Positions 48,231-58,209 of a stretch of 64,000 nt of DNA are shown in pieces. The notes beneath the pieces are model-generated. The model was not told where the DNA came from, did no database searches, and worked only from the letters and a program-made list of their open reading frames with translations. The stretch's first letter is position 1. Each line of letters starts with the position of its first letter. A program made the translations under genes and the position numbers. Source of the stretch: Methylophilaceae bacterium (GTDB lineage Bacteria > Pseudomonadota > Gammaproteobacteria > Burkholderiales > Methylophilaceae); assembly GCA_018398995.1 (NCBI GenBank), contig CP073759.1:1130311-1194310 (forward strand). Direction: 5' to 3'.

Positions 48231-48451
48231 GCGCGGATTATAAATTTAAATCTATCAAGTGAGTGTAACTAATTGTTGCTAGCGTTAAGACCATCACGGG
48301 CGTTGTAATTGTGTACAATGATTTGGTTAGCACAGTGAATAAGGTAGTAAGTATGCGCAAGCATATGGATGAGCCGTCGTTGACCTAGTGTGACTCTGCC
48401 GATATAGATTAGGCGTGCTAACCCCAATTGAAAAATAGCTTAAAGATAGCC

Positions 48452-49102
48452 ATGACAACAGATTTATTTTCGGAACAAATGGAGTCGAAAGTTGCGCTTG
48501 CCGATGGTGCTTATTGGTTGCGTGGTTTTGCCTTGGCAGAAGCCAATGCCCTTTGTGCGCTACTGCTAGCGCATTTTAAAACACATCCACCGCAACAGAT
48601 GATGACACCGATGGGTTACAAGATGTCGGTGCATACCACCAGTTTTGGCGCATTTGGTTGGGTTGCAACAAAGCAAGGTTATGGTTATGCAACTAAAGAT
48701 TTGCATTCGAATCAGTCTTGGCCAGCAATGCCAGATTTGTTGCTAGATTTGGCGAAGCGCGCTGGTGAACAAGCAGGCTATGCTGATTTCATGCCTGATA
48801 GTTGCTTAGTGAATGTGTATGGCATTGGCGACAAAATGGGGTTGCACCAAGATAAAGATGAGGCTGATTTTAGTCATCCAATTGTGTCGGTTTCATTAGG
48901 GCTACCAGTAACATTTCAATTTGGTGGGCTAACACGAACGACAAAAACCTTGAAAATACCCCTTATTCATGGCGATGTCGTTGTTTGGGGAGCAAGTAGT
49001 CGACTATATTATCATGGGGTGCTGCCATTAAAAGCCGCTACTCATCCGTTATTAGGCCGCAGACGGATTAACTTAACTTTTCGTAAAGCAGGTAAAATGT
49101 GA
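48452..49102 (+). CDS. alkB: alpha-ketoglutarate-dependent dioxygenase AlkB
   Basis: 216 aa from the ATG at 48452. AlkB motifs: LVN.Y..GDKMGLHQDKDE (HxD) and RINLTFRK. Confidence 0.85.
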   Translation: MTTDLFSEQMESKVALADGAYWLRGFALAEANALCALLLAHFKTHPPQQMMTPMGYKMSVHTTSFGAFGWVATKQGYGYATKDLHSNQSWPAMPDLLLDLAKRAGEQAGYADFMPDSCLVNVYGIGDKMGLHQDKDEADFSHPIVSVSLGLPVTFQFGGLTRTTKTLKIPLIHGDVVVWGASSRLYYHGVLPLKAATHPLLGRRRINLTFRKAGKM

Positions 49103-49129
49103 TTTTTAGTTTTTATTTAAACAAATCGC

Positions 49130-50068
49130 ATGCAAGTTAATTTGGCTGAGGCCGTTGCTTTACTCAAGCGTGGCCATGTGGTGGCAATGCCGACCGAGAC
49201 CGTTTATGGCCTCGCTGCTGATGCGCGTAACGAAGACGCCTTACGTGAGATTTATCGGATTAAACAGCGCCCTGCCGATAACCCTTTAATTGTGCATATT
49301 GGTTCAAGTGATCAAGTGCTTGATTGGGCAGAAACGTTCCCTCCATTGGCGCAACAGTTGGCCAATGCATTTTGGCCTGGGCCACTGACGTTGGTATTAC
49401 CAGCAAAATCAACGGTTTCTATGATTGTACGTGCTGGCGAGCCAACCGTTGCTTTGCGTGTGCCTGCGCATCCAATTGCACAAGCGCTTTTACAACAAAC
49501 GGGTTTAGGTTTAGCCGCCCCGTCAGCCAATAAATACACGCAATTAAGCCCAACAACAGCCAAGCATGTGGCGGATGGCTTAGGTGAGCATATCCCCTTG
49601 CTAGATGGCGGTGCTTGTTTAGTGGGTATCGAGTCTACTATCGTTGCAGTAGATGGTAATCAGTGGCAATTATTACGTTTAGGGATGATTACCGAAATGG
49701 ACATAGTATCTGTCGCCGGCGTAAAAGCGACACCAAAGCCTATATTGCCGAAGGCGCCGGGACAGCATTTGTTACACTATTCGCCACAAACGCCAATAGA
49801 ATTGTTTATTTCTAGAGCAGCGTTAATGCAAGCGGCTCTTCTTGAAAAGCATTGTGCCGCACTGCTATTGGGCGAAGGTGAAATCCCCAATGCCAAAACC
49901 TTTAATGTGCCGAATAACCCTATTGAAATGGCAGAAAAGTTATATGACGTTTTGCATCAAATGGATGCCTTAAAAGTAGCGAAGTTATTGATAGAAAGCC
50001 CACCAATATCGCCAGAATGGTTGGCGATTCACGATCGTTTAAGTCGTGCTTCACATAAAACGCAGTAA
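49130..50068 (+). CDS. tsaC: L-threonylcarbamoyladenylate synthase (Sua5/YwlC-type TsaC with C-terminal Sua5 domain)
   Basis: 312 aa; YrdC-domain motifs (PTETVYGLAADA, IK.RP..NPLIVH, PSAN) plus a C-terminal extension. Confidence 0.85.
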   Translation: MQVNLAEAVALLKRGHVVAMPTETVYGLAADARNEDALREIYRIKQRPADNPLIVHIGSSDQVLDWAETFPPLAQQLANAFWPGPLTLVLPAKSTVSMIVRAGEPTVALRVPAHPIAQALLQQTGLGLAAPSANKYTQLSPTTAKHVADGLGEHIPLLDGGACLVGIESTIVAVDGNQWQLLRLGMITEMDIVSVAGVKATPKPILPKAPGQHLLHYSPQTPIELFISRAALMQAALLEKHCAALLLGEGEIPNAKTFNVPNNPIEMAEKLYDVLHQMDALKVAKLLIESPPISPEWLAIHDRLSRASHKTQ

Positions 50069-50140
50069 AAACTGCTTGTCATCAACGACAAAAGCGAGTA
50101 TTTTCGGTAGCACTCAGTCGTGTACGCTTGGAGTGCTTAA

Positions 50141-50362
50141 ATGGATAATAAGTATGGTTTGGGAAGTACAAAAGTGGCACAAGTGCATCATGATGCACAT
50201 CACAAAGAAGCACCAGCATTACATCCTACAACATGTAAGTTTTGTGGCAGTAAAGAGTTAACATTAAGCCCCACTATGCATGATCATCTTTGTCACGCAT
50301 GTGGAGAATGGCAAAATGACGTGCCGCAGGGCTATTCTACAGGTCGTAGCAGTGATTATTAA
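50141..50362 (+). CDS. small zinc-ribbon protein
   Basis: 73 aa; GGAG 7 nt upstream; CKFC-x17-CHAC Cys4 arrangement. Confidence 0.5.
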   Translation: MDNKYGLGSTKVAQVHHDAHHKEAPALHPTTCKFCGSKELTLSPTMHDHLCHACGEWQNDVPQGYSTGRSSDY

Positions 50363-51297
50363 AAATGGTCGTTACAGGCCAATGTGACCTCTTCAGTGCA
50401 TGCTAAGCCAATCATCGCTGCCGGATGTTTTGGATGTATTACTAACGCCTGCTCGAAGTATTGTTTGGCTTTTGTTAGGTGATGCATTTTTTCTTCTGCA
50501 ATGCCTGCGTAGTATAAAGCTTCTGCTGAAGTAGGCTCGCTTTGCAACCAAAGTTGGGCAATGTCGTGCACTTCATCCCATTTTTCGTTTTTAAAAGGCT
50601 GTACAACCCGCATAAAGAAAGGGCGTTGCGCTTCTGGTGCATCCCAAAATGGCAAGATATCTGTTTCCATTGAGGTGATATCAGGCTGTTTTAATAATGT
50701 CTTTATCCATTTAACAGGAATATTGTAATAATAAGCGTGCTTGCCAGGACTTTTAAATGTGCTAATGGCAAGTAGCTTACCATCGACATCAAATATCGGG
50801 CTGCCACTTGCGCCCATCACAAAAGAGGCGTCGGTACGAATGATGTGACTATCATCAAATGGATAAATTGCCTTAATTTTGCCTTCGGTATATTGTGGTT
50901 TTGGTGGCCCGCCTGGAAAGCCAATAGAAAAAACATCCTGTTCATATTGTAAGTGTTCAGAGTCACCAAGTTCAACCGGTGTCAAATCGGCATATTGAAA
51001 ACGTAAAATGCACAAATCATGCTTCCAGTCAGCTTTAAGCGCAACGGGCGTGTGCGTATTGCCATATTTAGTGATGCTAACACCAGTGCTATTGGCCAAT
51101 ACATGGCAATTGGTGGCGATTAAGTCTGGGCTAATCGCAACACCAGTGCCAACTCCATATCCCCCTGTTTTAGTGCCAACATGCACTTTCACAACAGATG
51201 CTTTGAGTTTAAAACTCAACTCATTGCGTGGTTCGGCAAGCAGGTGGCCATGTATAAAAATCAATAAGAAAAAGGCAATAAAGTGATGTATCTTCAT
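50359..51297 (-). CDS. secreted trypsin-like serine protease with C-terminal TPR-like domain (paralog 3)
   Basis: The ATG at 51297 gives a signal peptide. Triad contexts TNCHV, DLCIL, GASGS; shared PFW/PFFMRVVQPF module. Confidence 0.8.
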   Translation of the reverse strand: MKIHHFIAFFLLIFIHGHLLAEPRNELSFKLKASVVKVHVGTKTGGYGVGTGVAISPDLIATNCHVLANSTGVSITKYGNTHTPVALKADWKHDLCILRFQYADLTPVELGDSEHLQYEQDVFSIGFPGGPPKPQYTEGKIKAIYPFDDSHIIRTDASFVMGASGSPIFDVDGKLLAISTFKSPGKHAYYYNIPVKWIKTLLKQPDITSMETDILPFWDAPEAQRPFFMRVVQPFKNEKWDEVHDIAQLWLQSEPTSAEALYYAGIAEEKMHHLTKAKQYFEQALVIHPKHPAAMIGLACTEEVTLACNDHF

Positions 51298-51478
51298 GGT
51301 CTCGAAATAGTCTCGAATTAACAAAAGTAAATGCTTAATGACCTCAGTAAATCAATTTTTACATCCTATCGATATACTTAAGCACAGCAAATAATTTAAC
51401 AAAATTATACCAATGGGGGTGAAACAGACAATAAAGCCTTGTAGAATAGACAACTAATGGATAAATGAAGTCAAAACT

Positions 51479-52216
51479 ATGTTAATACAATCAGAAATTG
51501 TCGATTTAAATACCCCAACTGGCATCATGCGAACCTATATCCATAGACCAACACATAATAAAAAAGTGCCAGCGATTTTGTTTTATTCAGAAATCTTTCA
51601 TCAGACTGGTCCCATAGAGCGTGCTGCCAAAATGATGGCAGGTCAAGGATATGCCGTGCTTGTGCCTGAGGTATTTCATGAATTAAACCCGATTGGCACT
51701 GTTTTGGGTTATGACGATGCTGGTCGTGACAAAGGTAATGCTGATAAATCAGCCAAAGATGTACAGGGTTACGACACTGATAATCGTGCGATGATTGAAT
51801 TTTTAAATACGCAAAGTTGGTATGACGGTTATTTGGGTGCAATGGGCTTTTGTATCGGTGGCCATTTGGCTTTTCGCGCCGCTCTGCAGCCAGAAGTAAA
51901 AGCAACAGCCTGCTTTTATGCGACTGATTTGCATACTAATATTATTCCAAACAAACCAAATCAACATAGCATGGATCGCTTAGGAGATATCAAAGGCGAA
52001 CTGATGATGATTTGGGGCAAACAAGATAACCATATTCCTACAGCTGGACGTATGATGGTCTACCAAAAACTAACCGATGCTAACTTGTCCTTTTCATGGC
52101 ATGAGTTTAATGGGCAGCATGCGTTTATGCGCGATGAAGGCGAACGTTATGACCCTCAATTAGCAGCAACAGGCTATCAGTTAGCCACACAAATGTTTTG
52201 TAACACACTAAAGTAG
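51479..52216 (+). CDS. dienelactone hydrolase family protein
   Basis: 245 aa; alpha/beta hydrolase with nucleophile elbow GFCIGG and a C-terminal His region. Confidence 0.8.
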   Translation: MLIQSEIVDLNTPTGIMRTYIHRPTHNKKVPAILFYSEIFHQTGPIERAAKMMAGQGYAVLVPEVFHELNPIGTVLGYDDAGRDKGNADKSAKDVQGYDTDNRAMIEFLNTQSWYDGYLGAMGFCIGGHLAFRAALQPEVKATACFYATDLHTNIIPNKPNQHSMDRLGDIKGELMMIWGKQDNHIPTAGRMMVYQKLTDANLSFSWHEFNGQHAFMRDEGERYDPQLAATGYQLATQMFCNTLK

Positions 52217-52296
52217 TAAACATCGCAAGCTTGCGCCACAAGCAATAGCTTAATTATTAATTTAAATTATCAATTTAAAGAAAGAGTATTGGAAAA

Positions 52297-53817
52297 ATGA
52301 CCACAAAAAACGCTGATATTGGCCTGATTGGCCTTGCCGTAATGGGGCAAAACCTCGTATTGAATATGGCAGATCATGGGTATAACGTAGCTGTCTATAA
52401 CCGAAGTACCGATAAAATGAAAGAGTTTATCGAGTATTGCAAAAAAAATGAACCATCACATGCTAATGTAATTGGACACGCGGACTTAGCTACGTTTGTA
52501 CTCAGCATTAAACGCCCTCGTAAAATTGTTCTCCTTGTTAAAGCAGGTACGGCAACTGATTTAACAATTAACGCATTACTACCGTTCTTGGAAAAAGGCG
52601 ACATCATCATTGATGGTGGTAATGCATTATGGACAGATACCATTCGTCGCGAAAAAGAGCTCAGAGCAAAAGATATCGAATTTATCGGCTCAGGTGTATC
52701 TGGTGGTGAAACAGGGGCGCGGTTTGGTCCTTCATTAATGCCATCTGGCACGCGCCAGGCTTGGGCTTCGCTAGAGCCAATTTGGACAGCCATTGCAGCG
52801 AAAGTTGACCCTGCAACGGGTCAGCCACTAGAAGGTGGAGAACCAGGCAAGCCTGTGGTTGGCGGTTTCTCTTGTGCTGAATACATTGGCCCTGATGGTT
52901 CAGGACACTATGTAAAAATGGTGCATAACGGTATTGAATATATTGATATGCAACTGATTTGTGAAGCTTACTGGCTCATGAAACACTTACTAGGTATGAA
53001 GTCTGATGAGATTGGTAAAGTGTTTGAAGAGTGGAATAAAGGTGAGTTGTCTAGCTTCTTAATTGAGATTACCGCAGATATCTTGCAGCAAAAAGATCCA
53101 ATGTCTAAAGAGTTTTTAGTAGACATGATTCTCGATACGGCAGGTCAAAAAGGAACAGGCCAATGGACAGCAGCGAACGCACTTGAGTTGGGTGCGCCGG
53201 CGAATGCGATTGCTGCGGCTGTTTATGCGCGTGCACTTTCAAGCGTGAAGGAAGAGCGTGTTGCTGCAAGTAAGATTCTAAAAGGACCTAAAGTAACAGC
53301 AATTCCAGATTCTGAGAAAAAAGCAACAATCGAAGCGATTAAAAACGCGCTTTATTGTTCAAAAATCTGTGCTTATGCCCAAGGTTTCCAACTAATTGAT
53401 AAAGCACAAGTGGCTTATAACTGGAAACTTAATTTTGGTGAGATTTCTCAAATTTGGCGTGGTGGTTGTATCATTCGCGCACGTTTCTTGCAAAAAATTA
53501 CTGATGCTTATTCACTTAATTCACGTCTGAAAAACTTGATGTTAGACCCATATTTCACTGAAGAGATGAACAAAGGACAAGAAGGTTGGCGTAAAGTGAT
53601 TGCATTGGCTGTGACCAATGGCATCCCCGCACAAGGTTTTGCAGCTGCTTTGGCGTATTATGATGGTTATCGTAGTGCAGATTTACCAGCAAACTTGTTG
53701 CAAGGTCAACGTGATTACTTTGGTGCGCATACTTATGAGCGCAAAGATAGACCGCGCGGTGAGTTCTTCCACTTAGATTGGCCAGAGCCGGGTCGTCCGC
53801 AGATTGCTATTGATTAA
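52297..53817 (+). CDS. gnd: 6-phosphogluconate dehydrogenase (decarboxylating)
   Basis: 506 aa; [12 protein letters not shown] Rossmann motif, [14 protein letters not shown] and [12 protein letters not shown] signatures. Confidence 0.92.
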   Translation: MTTKNADIGLIGLAVMGQNLVLNMADHGYNVAVYNRSTDKMKEFIEYCKKNEPSHANVIGHADLATFVLSIKRPRKIVLLVKAGTATDLTINALLPFLEKGDIIIDGGNALWTDTIRREKELRAKDIEFIGSGVSGGETGARFGPSLMPSGTRQAWASLEPIWTAIAAKVDPATGQPLEGGEPGKPVVGGFSCAEYIGPDGSGHYVKMVHNGIEYIDMQLICEAYWLMKHLLGMKSDEIGKVFEEWNKGELSSFLIEITADILQQKDPMSKEFLVDMILDTAGQKGTGQWTAANALELGAPANAIAAAVYARALSSVKEERVAASKILKGPKVTAIPDSEKKATIEAIKNALYCSKICAYAQGFQLIDKAQVAYNWKLNFGEISQIWRGGCIIRARFLQKITDAYSLNSRLKNLMLDPYFTEEMNKGQEGWRKVIALAVTNGIPAQGFAAALAYYDGYRSADLPANLLQGQRDYFGAHTYERKDRPRGEFFHLDWPEPGRPQIAID

Positions 53818-53844
53818 TCAACGGTAATTTGCACTTACTAGAAG

Positions 53845-53874
53845 AGAGGGTGACTAAGGTCATCCTCTTTTTTT
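53845..53874 (+). terminator. rho-independent terminator after gnd
   Basis: AGAGGGTGAC-TAAG-GTCATCCTCT followed by TTTTTT. Confidence 0.7.
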
Positions 53875-53899
53875 ATACTTTTTTATTTTTACGTGCGTA

Positions 53900-54067
53900 T
53901 TAAACGCAATCGCAACTTGCTTCTACATAACGATGGAACTGATTAGTTTCTTTTAGTTTCAGCAGGCGCTTATCTTCTGAGTTGTTTAGTTCTTTGGCTT
54001 TTTGCTCAATCGTCTCTTTATCTGACGATGTTTTGTTGCTATCTGCATGGTTAACAGCTTGATTCAT
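53900..54067 (-). CDS. 55-aa hypothetical protein (candidate)
   Basis: Not in the track. AAGGAAA upstream. MNQAVNHADSNKTSSDKETIEQKAKELNNSEDKRLLKLKETNQFHRYVEASCDCV. Confidence 0.3.
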   Translation of the reverse strand: MNQAVNHADSNKTSSDKETIEQKAKELNNSEDKRLLKLKETNQFHRYVEASCDCV

Positions 54068-54382
54068 GGTGCTTTTTCCTTTTGGGAGTTAAATGTACTG
54101 AAATTTTGTTTCGGTACATGGGTTTATATATACTTCTACGTCTGCAATAACGTTGAGTGCAATCTAGCAAGATAGTTCGTATTTGTGAACAGTCATCGTA
54201 AACAAATCATTAAAATCATTAGGTTTTATGCATTGATATTCAAATTTGTTGCGAAATTGAAACAAATGCCCATCGCGTTTCATCACGCTTGGTGTTAACG
54301 TTTTTAACAGAATGTGATTGAATGCTAGTTATAATAGATTCGTGATGTGAACAATTGATGATGCGGGAGTGTCTTTTTTAAT

Positions 54383-54586
54383 ATGCAGATAATGGTGAAT
54401 GGAGCTGTTAAACATTTTGATGTGGGTCAGTTGACGGTTGCTCAGCTACTCAGTGAATTACGGTTTACAGGAAAACGGATTGCAGTTGAGTGTAATGGTG
54501 AAATTGTACCGAAAAGCCAATATGCGCAAGCCATGGTGCAAGATGGCGATACGTTAGAGGTAGTTGGCGCAGTTGGTGGTGGTTAA
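54383..54586 (+). CDS. thiS: sulfur carrier protein ThiS
   Basis: 67 aa; ubiquitin-like fold pattern ending in GG. Confidence 0.88.
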   Translation: MQIMVNGAVKHFDVGQLTVAQLLSELRFTGKRIAVECNGEIVPKSQYAQAMVQDGDTLEVVGAVGGG

Positions 54587-54609
54587 AATAAAACGGATAG
54601 AAAATAAAT

Positions 54610-55392
54610 ATGACAGATCAGTTAGTAATTGCAGGAAAGACCTATGGTTCACGGCTGTTAGTGGGCACAGGTAAGTATCAAGATTTTCAAGAGACGCGCG
54701 CGGCGATTGATGCCAGTGGTGCACAGATAGTGACGGTAGCCATCCGTCGAACCAATATAGGCCAAACCGTGGGTGAGCCATCGCTATTGGATTACTTGCC
54801 ACCAGAAGAGTTTACCTATTTACCTAATACTGCAGGCTGTTATACGGCAGATGATGCAGTGCGTACATTGCGCTTAGCGCGCGAATTGTTGGATGGACAT
54901 AACTTGGTTAAATTAGAAGTATTAGGCGACCCTAACACCTTATATCCTAATGTGATTGAAACCATTGCTGCCGCTAAAACGCTGGTCAAAGAAGGCTTTG
55001 ATGTCATGGTTTATACGTCAGACGATCCGATTATTGCAAAACAACTAGAAGACATTGGCTGTTGTGCGGTTATGCCTTTAGCGTCATTAATTGGTTCCGG
55101 TATGGGCATTTTGAACCCATGGAATCTAGAAATCATCATCGATAATGCAAGTGTGCCTGTGCTGGTGGATGCCGGTGTTGGTACAGCGAGTGATGCGGCG
55201 ATTGCCATGGAATTAGGTTGTGCTGGAATTTTAATGAATACGGCAATTGCAAGCGCCAATCAACCCATATTAATGGCATCGGCAATGAAAAAAGCAGTTG
55301 AAGCTGGTCGAGAAGCTTATTTGGCAGGTCGTATGGCTAAAAAGTTATACATGGCAAGCCCAAGTTCACCAACGACAGGGATGATAGCTTAA
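54610..55392 (+). CDS. thiG: thiazole synthase ThiG
   Basis: 260 aa; typical ThiG sequence ([27 protein letters not shown]). Confidence 0.92.
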   Translation: MTDQLVIAGKTYGSRLLVGTGKYQDFQETRAAIDASGAQIVTVAIRRTNIGQTVGEPSLLDYLPPEEFTYLPNTAGCYTADDAVRTLRLARELLDGHNLVKLEVLGDPNTLYPNVIETIAAAKTLVKEGFDVMVYTSDDPIIAKQLEDIGCCAVMPLASLIGSGMGILNPWNLEIIIDNASVPVLVDAGVGTASDAAIAMELGCAGILMNTAIASANQPILMASAMKKAVEAGREAYLAGRMAKKLYMASPSSPTTGMIA

Positions 55393-55769
55393 TGACAACA
55401 CAATATCGATTTTCCGTTCAAGTAGAAACGGCGTATTTAGAGGACCAGTCTAGCGAAGAAGATAACCGTTATGCTTTTGCTTATACCGTCACGATTATCA
55501 ATACCGGTAGCGTGGCGGCGCAACTGATTAGCCGTCACTGGATCATTACTGATGCAGATAATCACCTGCAAGAAGTAAAAGGCTTAGGCGTCATTGGTGA
55601 GCAACCTTTGCTTCAGGCTGGTGAGACATTTACTTATATCAGTGGCACCGTGCTCAATACCCCAGTAGGCCAGATGCATGGTAGCTATCAAATTGTTGCG
55701 GTTGATGGTACATCATTCGAGGCAACGATTGCGCCCTTTACCCTTGCAGCCCCAAGAGTGCTTCACTAA
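55392..55769 (+). CDS. apaG: ApaG (DUF525) protein
   Basis: 125 aa; YAFAYTVTI.N.G...AQL.SRHW.ITD and G.GV.GEQP.L..GE.F.Y.S motifs. Confidence 0.88.
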   Translation: MTTQYRFSVQVETAYLEDQSSEEDNRYAFAYTVTIINTGSVAAQLISRHWIITDADNHLQEVKGLGVIGEQPLLQAGETFTYISGTVLNTPVGQMHGSYQIVAVDGTSFEATIAPFTLAAPRVLH

Positions 55770-55787
55770 TAAAGTGTTTGATTGACT

Positions 55788-57026
55788 ATGCAAAAAATAA
55801 GCTTATTTATATGCGTGATGTTGATGACAGTCGCTTGCTCAAAACAAGCCGTAAAACCAGCACCTACTCCTGCCGATAAAGCGCGCGTTGAAAAGCCAGT
55901 AACTGAAAAGCCTGCGTCTGAACAGCCAACCACTGATCAACAGCAACACGTCACGCCAACAGAGGAGATTGCACAATATACCTTGCTAAAACCAGCCAAC
56001 TGGCAAGATTTAGATGGTCTGTTGCAAGATAATGTGACTGATGCATGGCCAGCTTGGCTGCAAAGCTGTATGCGCTTGGGTAAAAAAGAGCACTGGAAAG
56101 CCGCATGCGACACCGCACAATTAATGAAACAGCCAAATAATGCGGCGATTATTGATTATTTTTCAAATTACTTTGATGTTTATCGCGCTTACAACGAAGA
56201 TGGCACCTCAACTGGCACAATAACTGGATACTACCAACCGCTTTTAAATGGCAGCAAAACGCAGTCAACACAATATCCTTATCCCTTGTATCGTGAGCCA
56301 GCAGATTTAATCACGGTTGAATTGGCCGAGGCTTATCCTGAGCTAAAATTTAAACGAATAAGAGGTAAGCTCGAAGGTAAAAAGTTGGTGCCCTATCGCA
56401 CACGGGCAGAAATTGATACCAAGCCGTCACCATTAGCGGGTGATGAATTATTTTGGATAGACGACATCATTGATGTGTTCTTTTTGCAAATACAAGGCTC
56501 AGGCGTCGTGCAATTAGACAATGGCGAGCAAGTGCAAGTGGGCTATGCCAACCAAAATGGCTATCCTTATAAATCAATTGGACGCCTTTTGGTAGAACAA
56601 GGTGAGCTCACCTTAGATAAAGCTTCCATGCAAGGTATTAAAAATTGGGCGCGTAATCATCCAGATAAGTTACAGCATTTGCTCAATAGCAATCCCAGCT
56701 ATGTGTTTTTTAGAGAGTTACCAGCAGGTTTGCCTGGACCATTAGGCGCATTAAACGTGCCGATTTTCGCAGAGCGAAGCGTTGCCATCGACCCAAAATT
56801 TATTCCGTTAGGCGCGCCCATTTTCTTATCCACCACAGAACCAAACAGCAACAAACCACTCAAGCGCTTAATGTTGGCACAAGATACCGGTGGTGCGATT
56901 CGCGGTGGCGTCAGAGCTGATTTCTTTTGGGGTGCGGGTGATGCGGCTGGCGCTAAGGCAGGGTCGATGAAACAACAGGGCGAGATTTGGGTGTTGTTGC
57001 CTAAGGGGTTTGTGGTTGGGGAGTAG
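55788..57026 (+). CDS. mltA: membrane-bound lytic murein transglycosylase A
   Basis: Lipoprotein signal LMTVAC; MltA and 3D-domain motifs (YYQP, FFLQIQGSG, AQDTGGAI.G..RADFFWG). Confidence 0.88.
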   Translation: MQKISLFICVMLMTVACSKQAVKPAPTPADKARVEKPVTEKPASEQPTTDQQQHVTPTEEIAQYTLLKPANWQDLDGLLQDNVTDAWPAWLQSCMRLGKKEHWKAACDTAQLMKQPNNAAIIDYFSNYFDVYRAYNEDGTSTGTITGYYQPLLNGSKTQSTQYPYPLYREPADLITVELAEAYPELKFKRIRGKLEGKKLVPYRTRAEIDTKPSPLAGDELFWIDDIIDVFFLQIQGSGVVQLDNGEQVQVGYANQNGYPYKSIGRLLVEQGELTLDKASMQGIKNWARNHPDKLQHLLNSNPSYVFFRELPAGLPGPLGALNVPIFAERSVAIDPKFIPLGAPIFLSTTEPNSNKPLKRLMLAQDTGGAIRGGVRADFFWGAGDAAGAKAGSMKQQGEIWVLLPKGFVVGE

Positions 57027-57097
57027 GTATGAATGGCTTCTTATTTGCAGTTCGATAGATAGAGATAATTCGTTTATTTAGCGTTAGGTAACGATAT

Positions 57098-57548
57098 ATG
57101 GAAGAAAAATATATATATTACCAAGAGTCAATCACTTGCTTAAACAGAGCATTGAGAACCATCTGTGAACTGGAAGCTATCCCACCAGGAACTCAAGTTT
57201 GGGCTATGGCGTATAGAATGACAATTATCGAATACTGTAAGCCGTTTAAAAAATCTCGAGGAATAATTACTGCGAAACTCAAAATGCTAGAACCTCAGTT
57301 TAGTTCAGAAATGAAAGAGATTCATGACAAGCTTATATCTTTAAGGGATACAGTTTTAGCTCATTCAGATTTAGGGTCGATTGATGCAAAAATTGTGTAC
57401 TGAGAGAAAAATCAGCCACTCATAATAAAAAATGCATTACCGAATTTTCTCAGTCTAACTAAATATCAAAGAAATGATTGAGTTTGTATTAGATGATTTT
57501 TATGGCAAAGAGGCAGACTATGCGCCTAAATCTACTCCGGTAGATTAG
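57098..57548 (+). pseudogene. decayed small gene with HEPN-like Rx4-6H motif
   Basis: 101-aa ORF (57098..57403) ends at an in-frame TGA. The same frame stays open 25 more codons, then a +1 shift gives 28 more sense codons to 57548. Motif LRDTVLAHSD. Confidence 0.35.
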
Positions 57549-57592
57549 CGTAGCGCTATCCGCCGGTTGAGTATTGATTAACTATTCACCAA

Positions 57593-57694
57593 GTCGGGGG
57601 TAGCCCGACAGCTAGTCACTTTTCACAACCGACTTACCGCTTGAGCGGTTAGCGAGGTTGGGGACGCCCCTTGCGGGTGCTATAACGTATTTGG
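57593..57694 (+). repeat. conserved structured motif, copy 2 (unknown function)
   Basis: Hairpin GTCGGG-GGTAG-CCCGAC, then ACAACCGACTTA-CCGC-TTGA-GCGG-TTAGCGAGGTTGGGGACGCC, a hairpin, then GTATTTGG. Compare 38936-39038 on the minus strand. Confidence 0.5.
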
Positions 57695-57961
57695 TTCACA
57701 AGGTATCTCTTTTAAGTAGCCTTCCTTTTCGCCTTTAGGCGAGTTACTTTCTTTTGCTTGTGCCAAAGAAAGTAACCAAAGAAACACACACCCTGCTATC
57801 AAGCCCTTCGGGTCCCTTGCGTTGCTCAACAAAATAAGCGACTGCGGAACTCGCCCTAACAGACCACACAAATCATGGTCTGTCGCGGTGCTCAAACAGT
57901 CCTCGCCTTCATCTTATTTTGTTTGCGCTACTCAGCTTGATAAAGGGGGATTTAAGAACCT

Positions 57962-57990
57962 CAAAAATTAAAGGCGCCATTGGCGCCTTT
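57962..57990 (-). terminator. rho-independent terminator after pqqA copy 2
   Basis: On the minus strand: AAAGGCGCC-AAT-GGCGCCTTT followed by AATTTTTGA, 24 nt after the pqqA stop. Confidence 0.7.
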
Positions 57991-58013
57991 AATTTAATAC
58001 ATAAAAACAAAAA

Positions 58014-58085
58014 TTACTTGTTCATTACGTACATTGTAACTTCAAAACCGAAACGCATTTCAGTAGCTGCTGGTGTTGTCCACAT
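58014..58085 (-). CDS. pqqA: pyrroloquinoline quinone precursor peptide PqqA (orphan copy 2)
   Basis: Not in the track. AGGAGA SD. Encodes the identical 23-aa peptide MWTTPAATEMRFGFEVTMYVMNK with 5 synonymous changes relative to 8776-8847. Confidence 0.88.
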   Translation of the reverse strand: MWTTPAATEMRFGFEVTMYVMNK

Positions 58086-58209
58086 AGTAATTCTCCTTTT
58101 GTTTAAATTCGTAAGCTATTGCATTACGTAGGAAAGATATTACTGCTAGGCTAAAAAAACACCGTGTCTAATCTACTTAAAAGCAAGTCATGATTTTCAT
58201 TAGATTGTG

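Noticed and set aside
54100-54382. Expected TPP (THI-box) riboswitch upstream of thiS-thiG
   Set aside because: No CTGAGA / ACCTGATCTGGATAATGCCAGCG-like core is present in the 280-nt leader, so no riboswitch is called.
57401-57403. In-frame TGA followed by an open frame, considered as selenocysteine or programmed readthrough
   Set aside because: I saw no SECIS-like hairpin directly downstream, and a further frameshift is needed to continue. Pseudogenisation is the simpler explanation.
57680-57895. 71-aa minus-strand ORF (..LSLAQAKESNSPKGEKE..)
   Set aside because: It runs through several perfect palindromes, its translation is low complexity, and it has no SD. The hairpin-rich DNA is reported as a finding instead.
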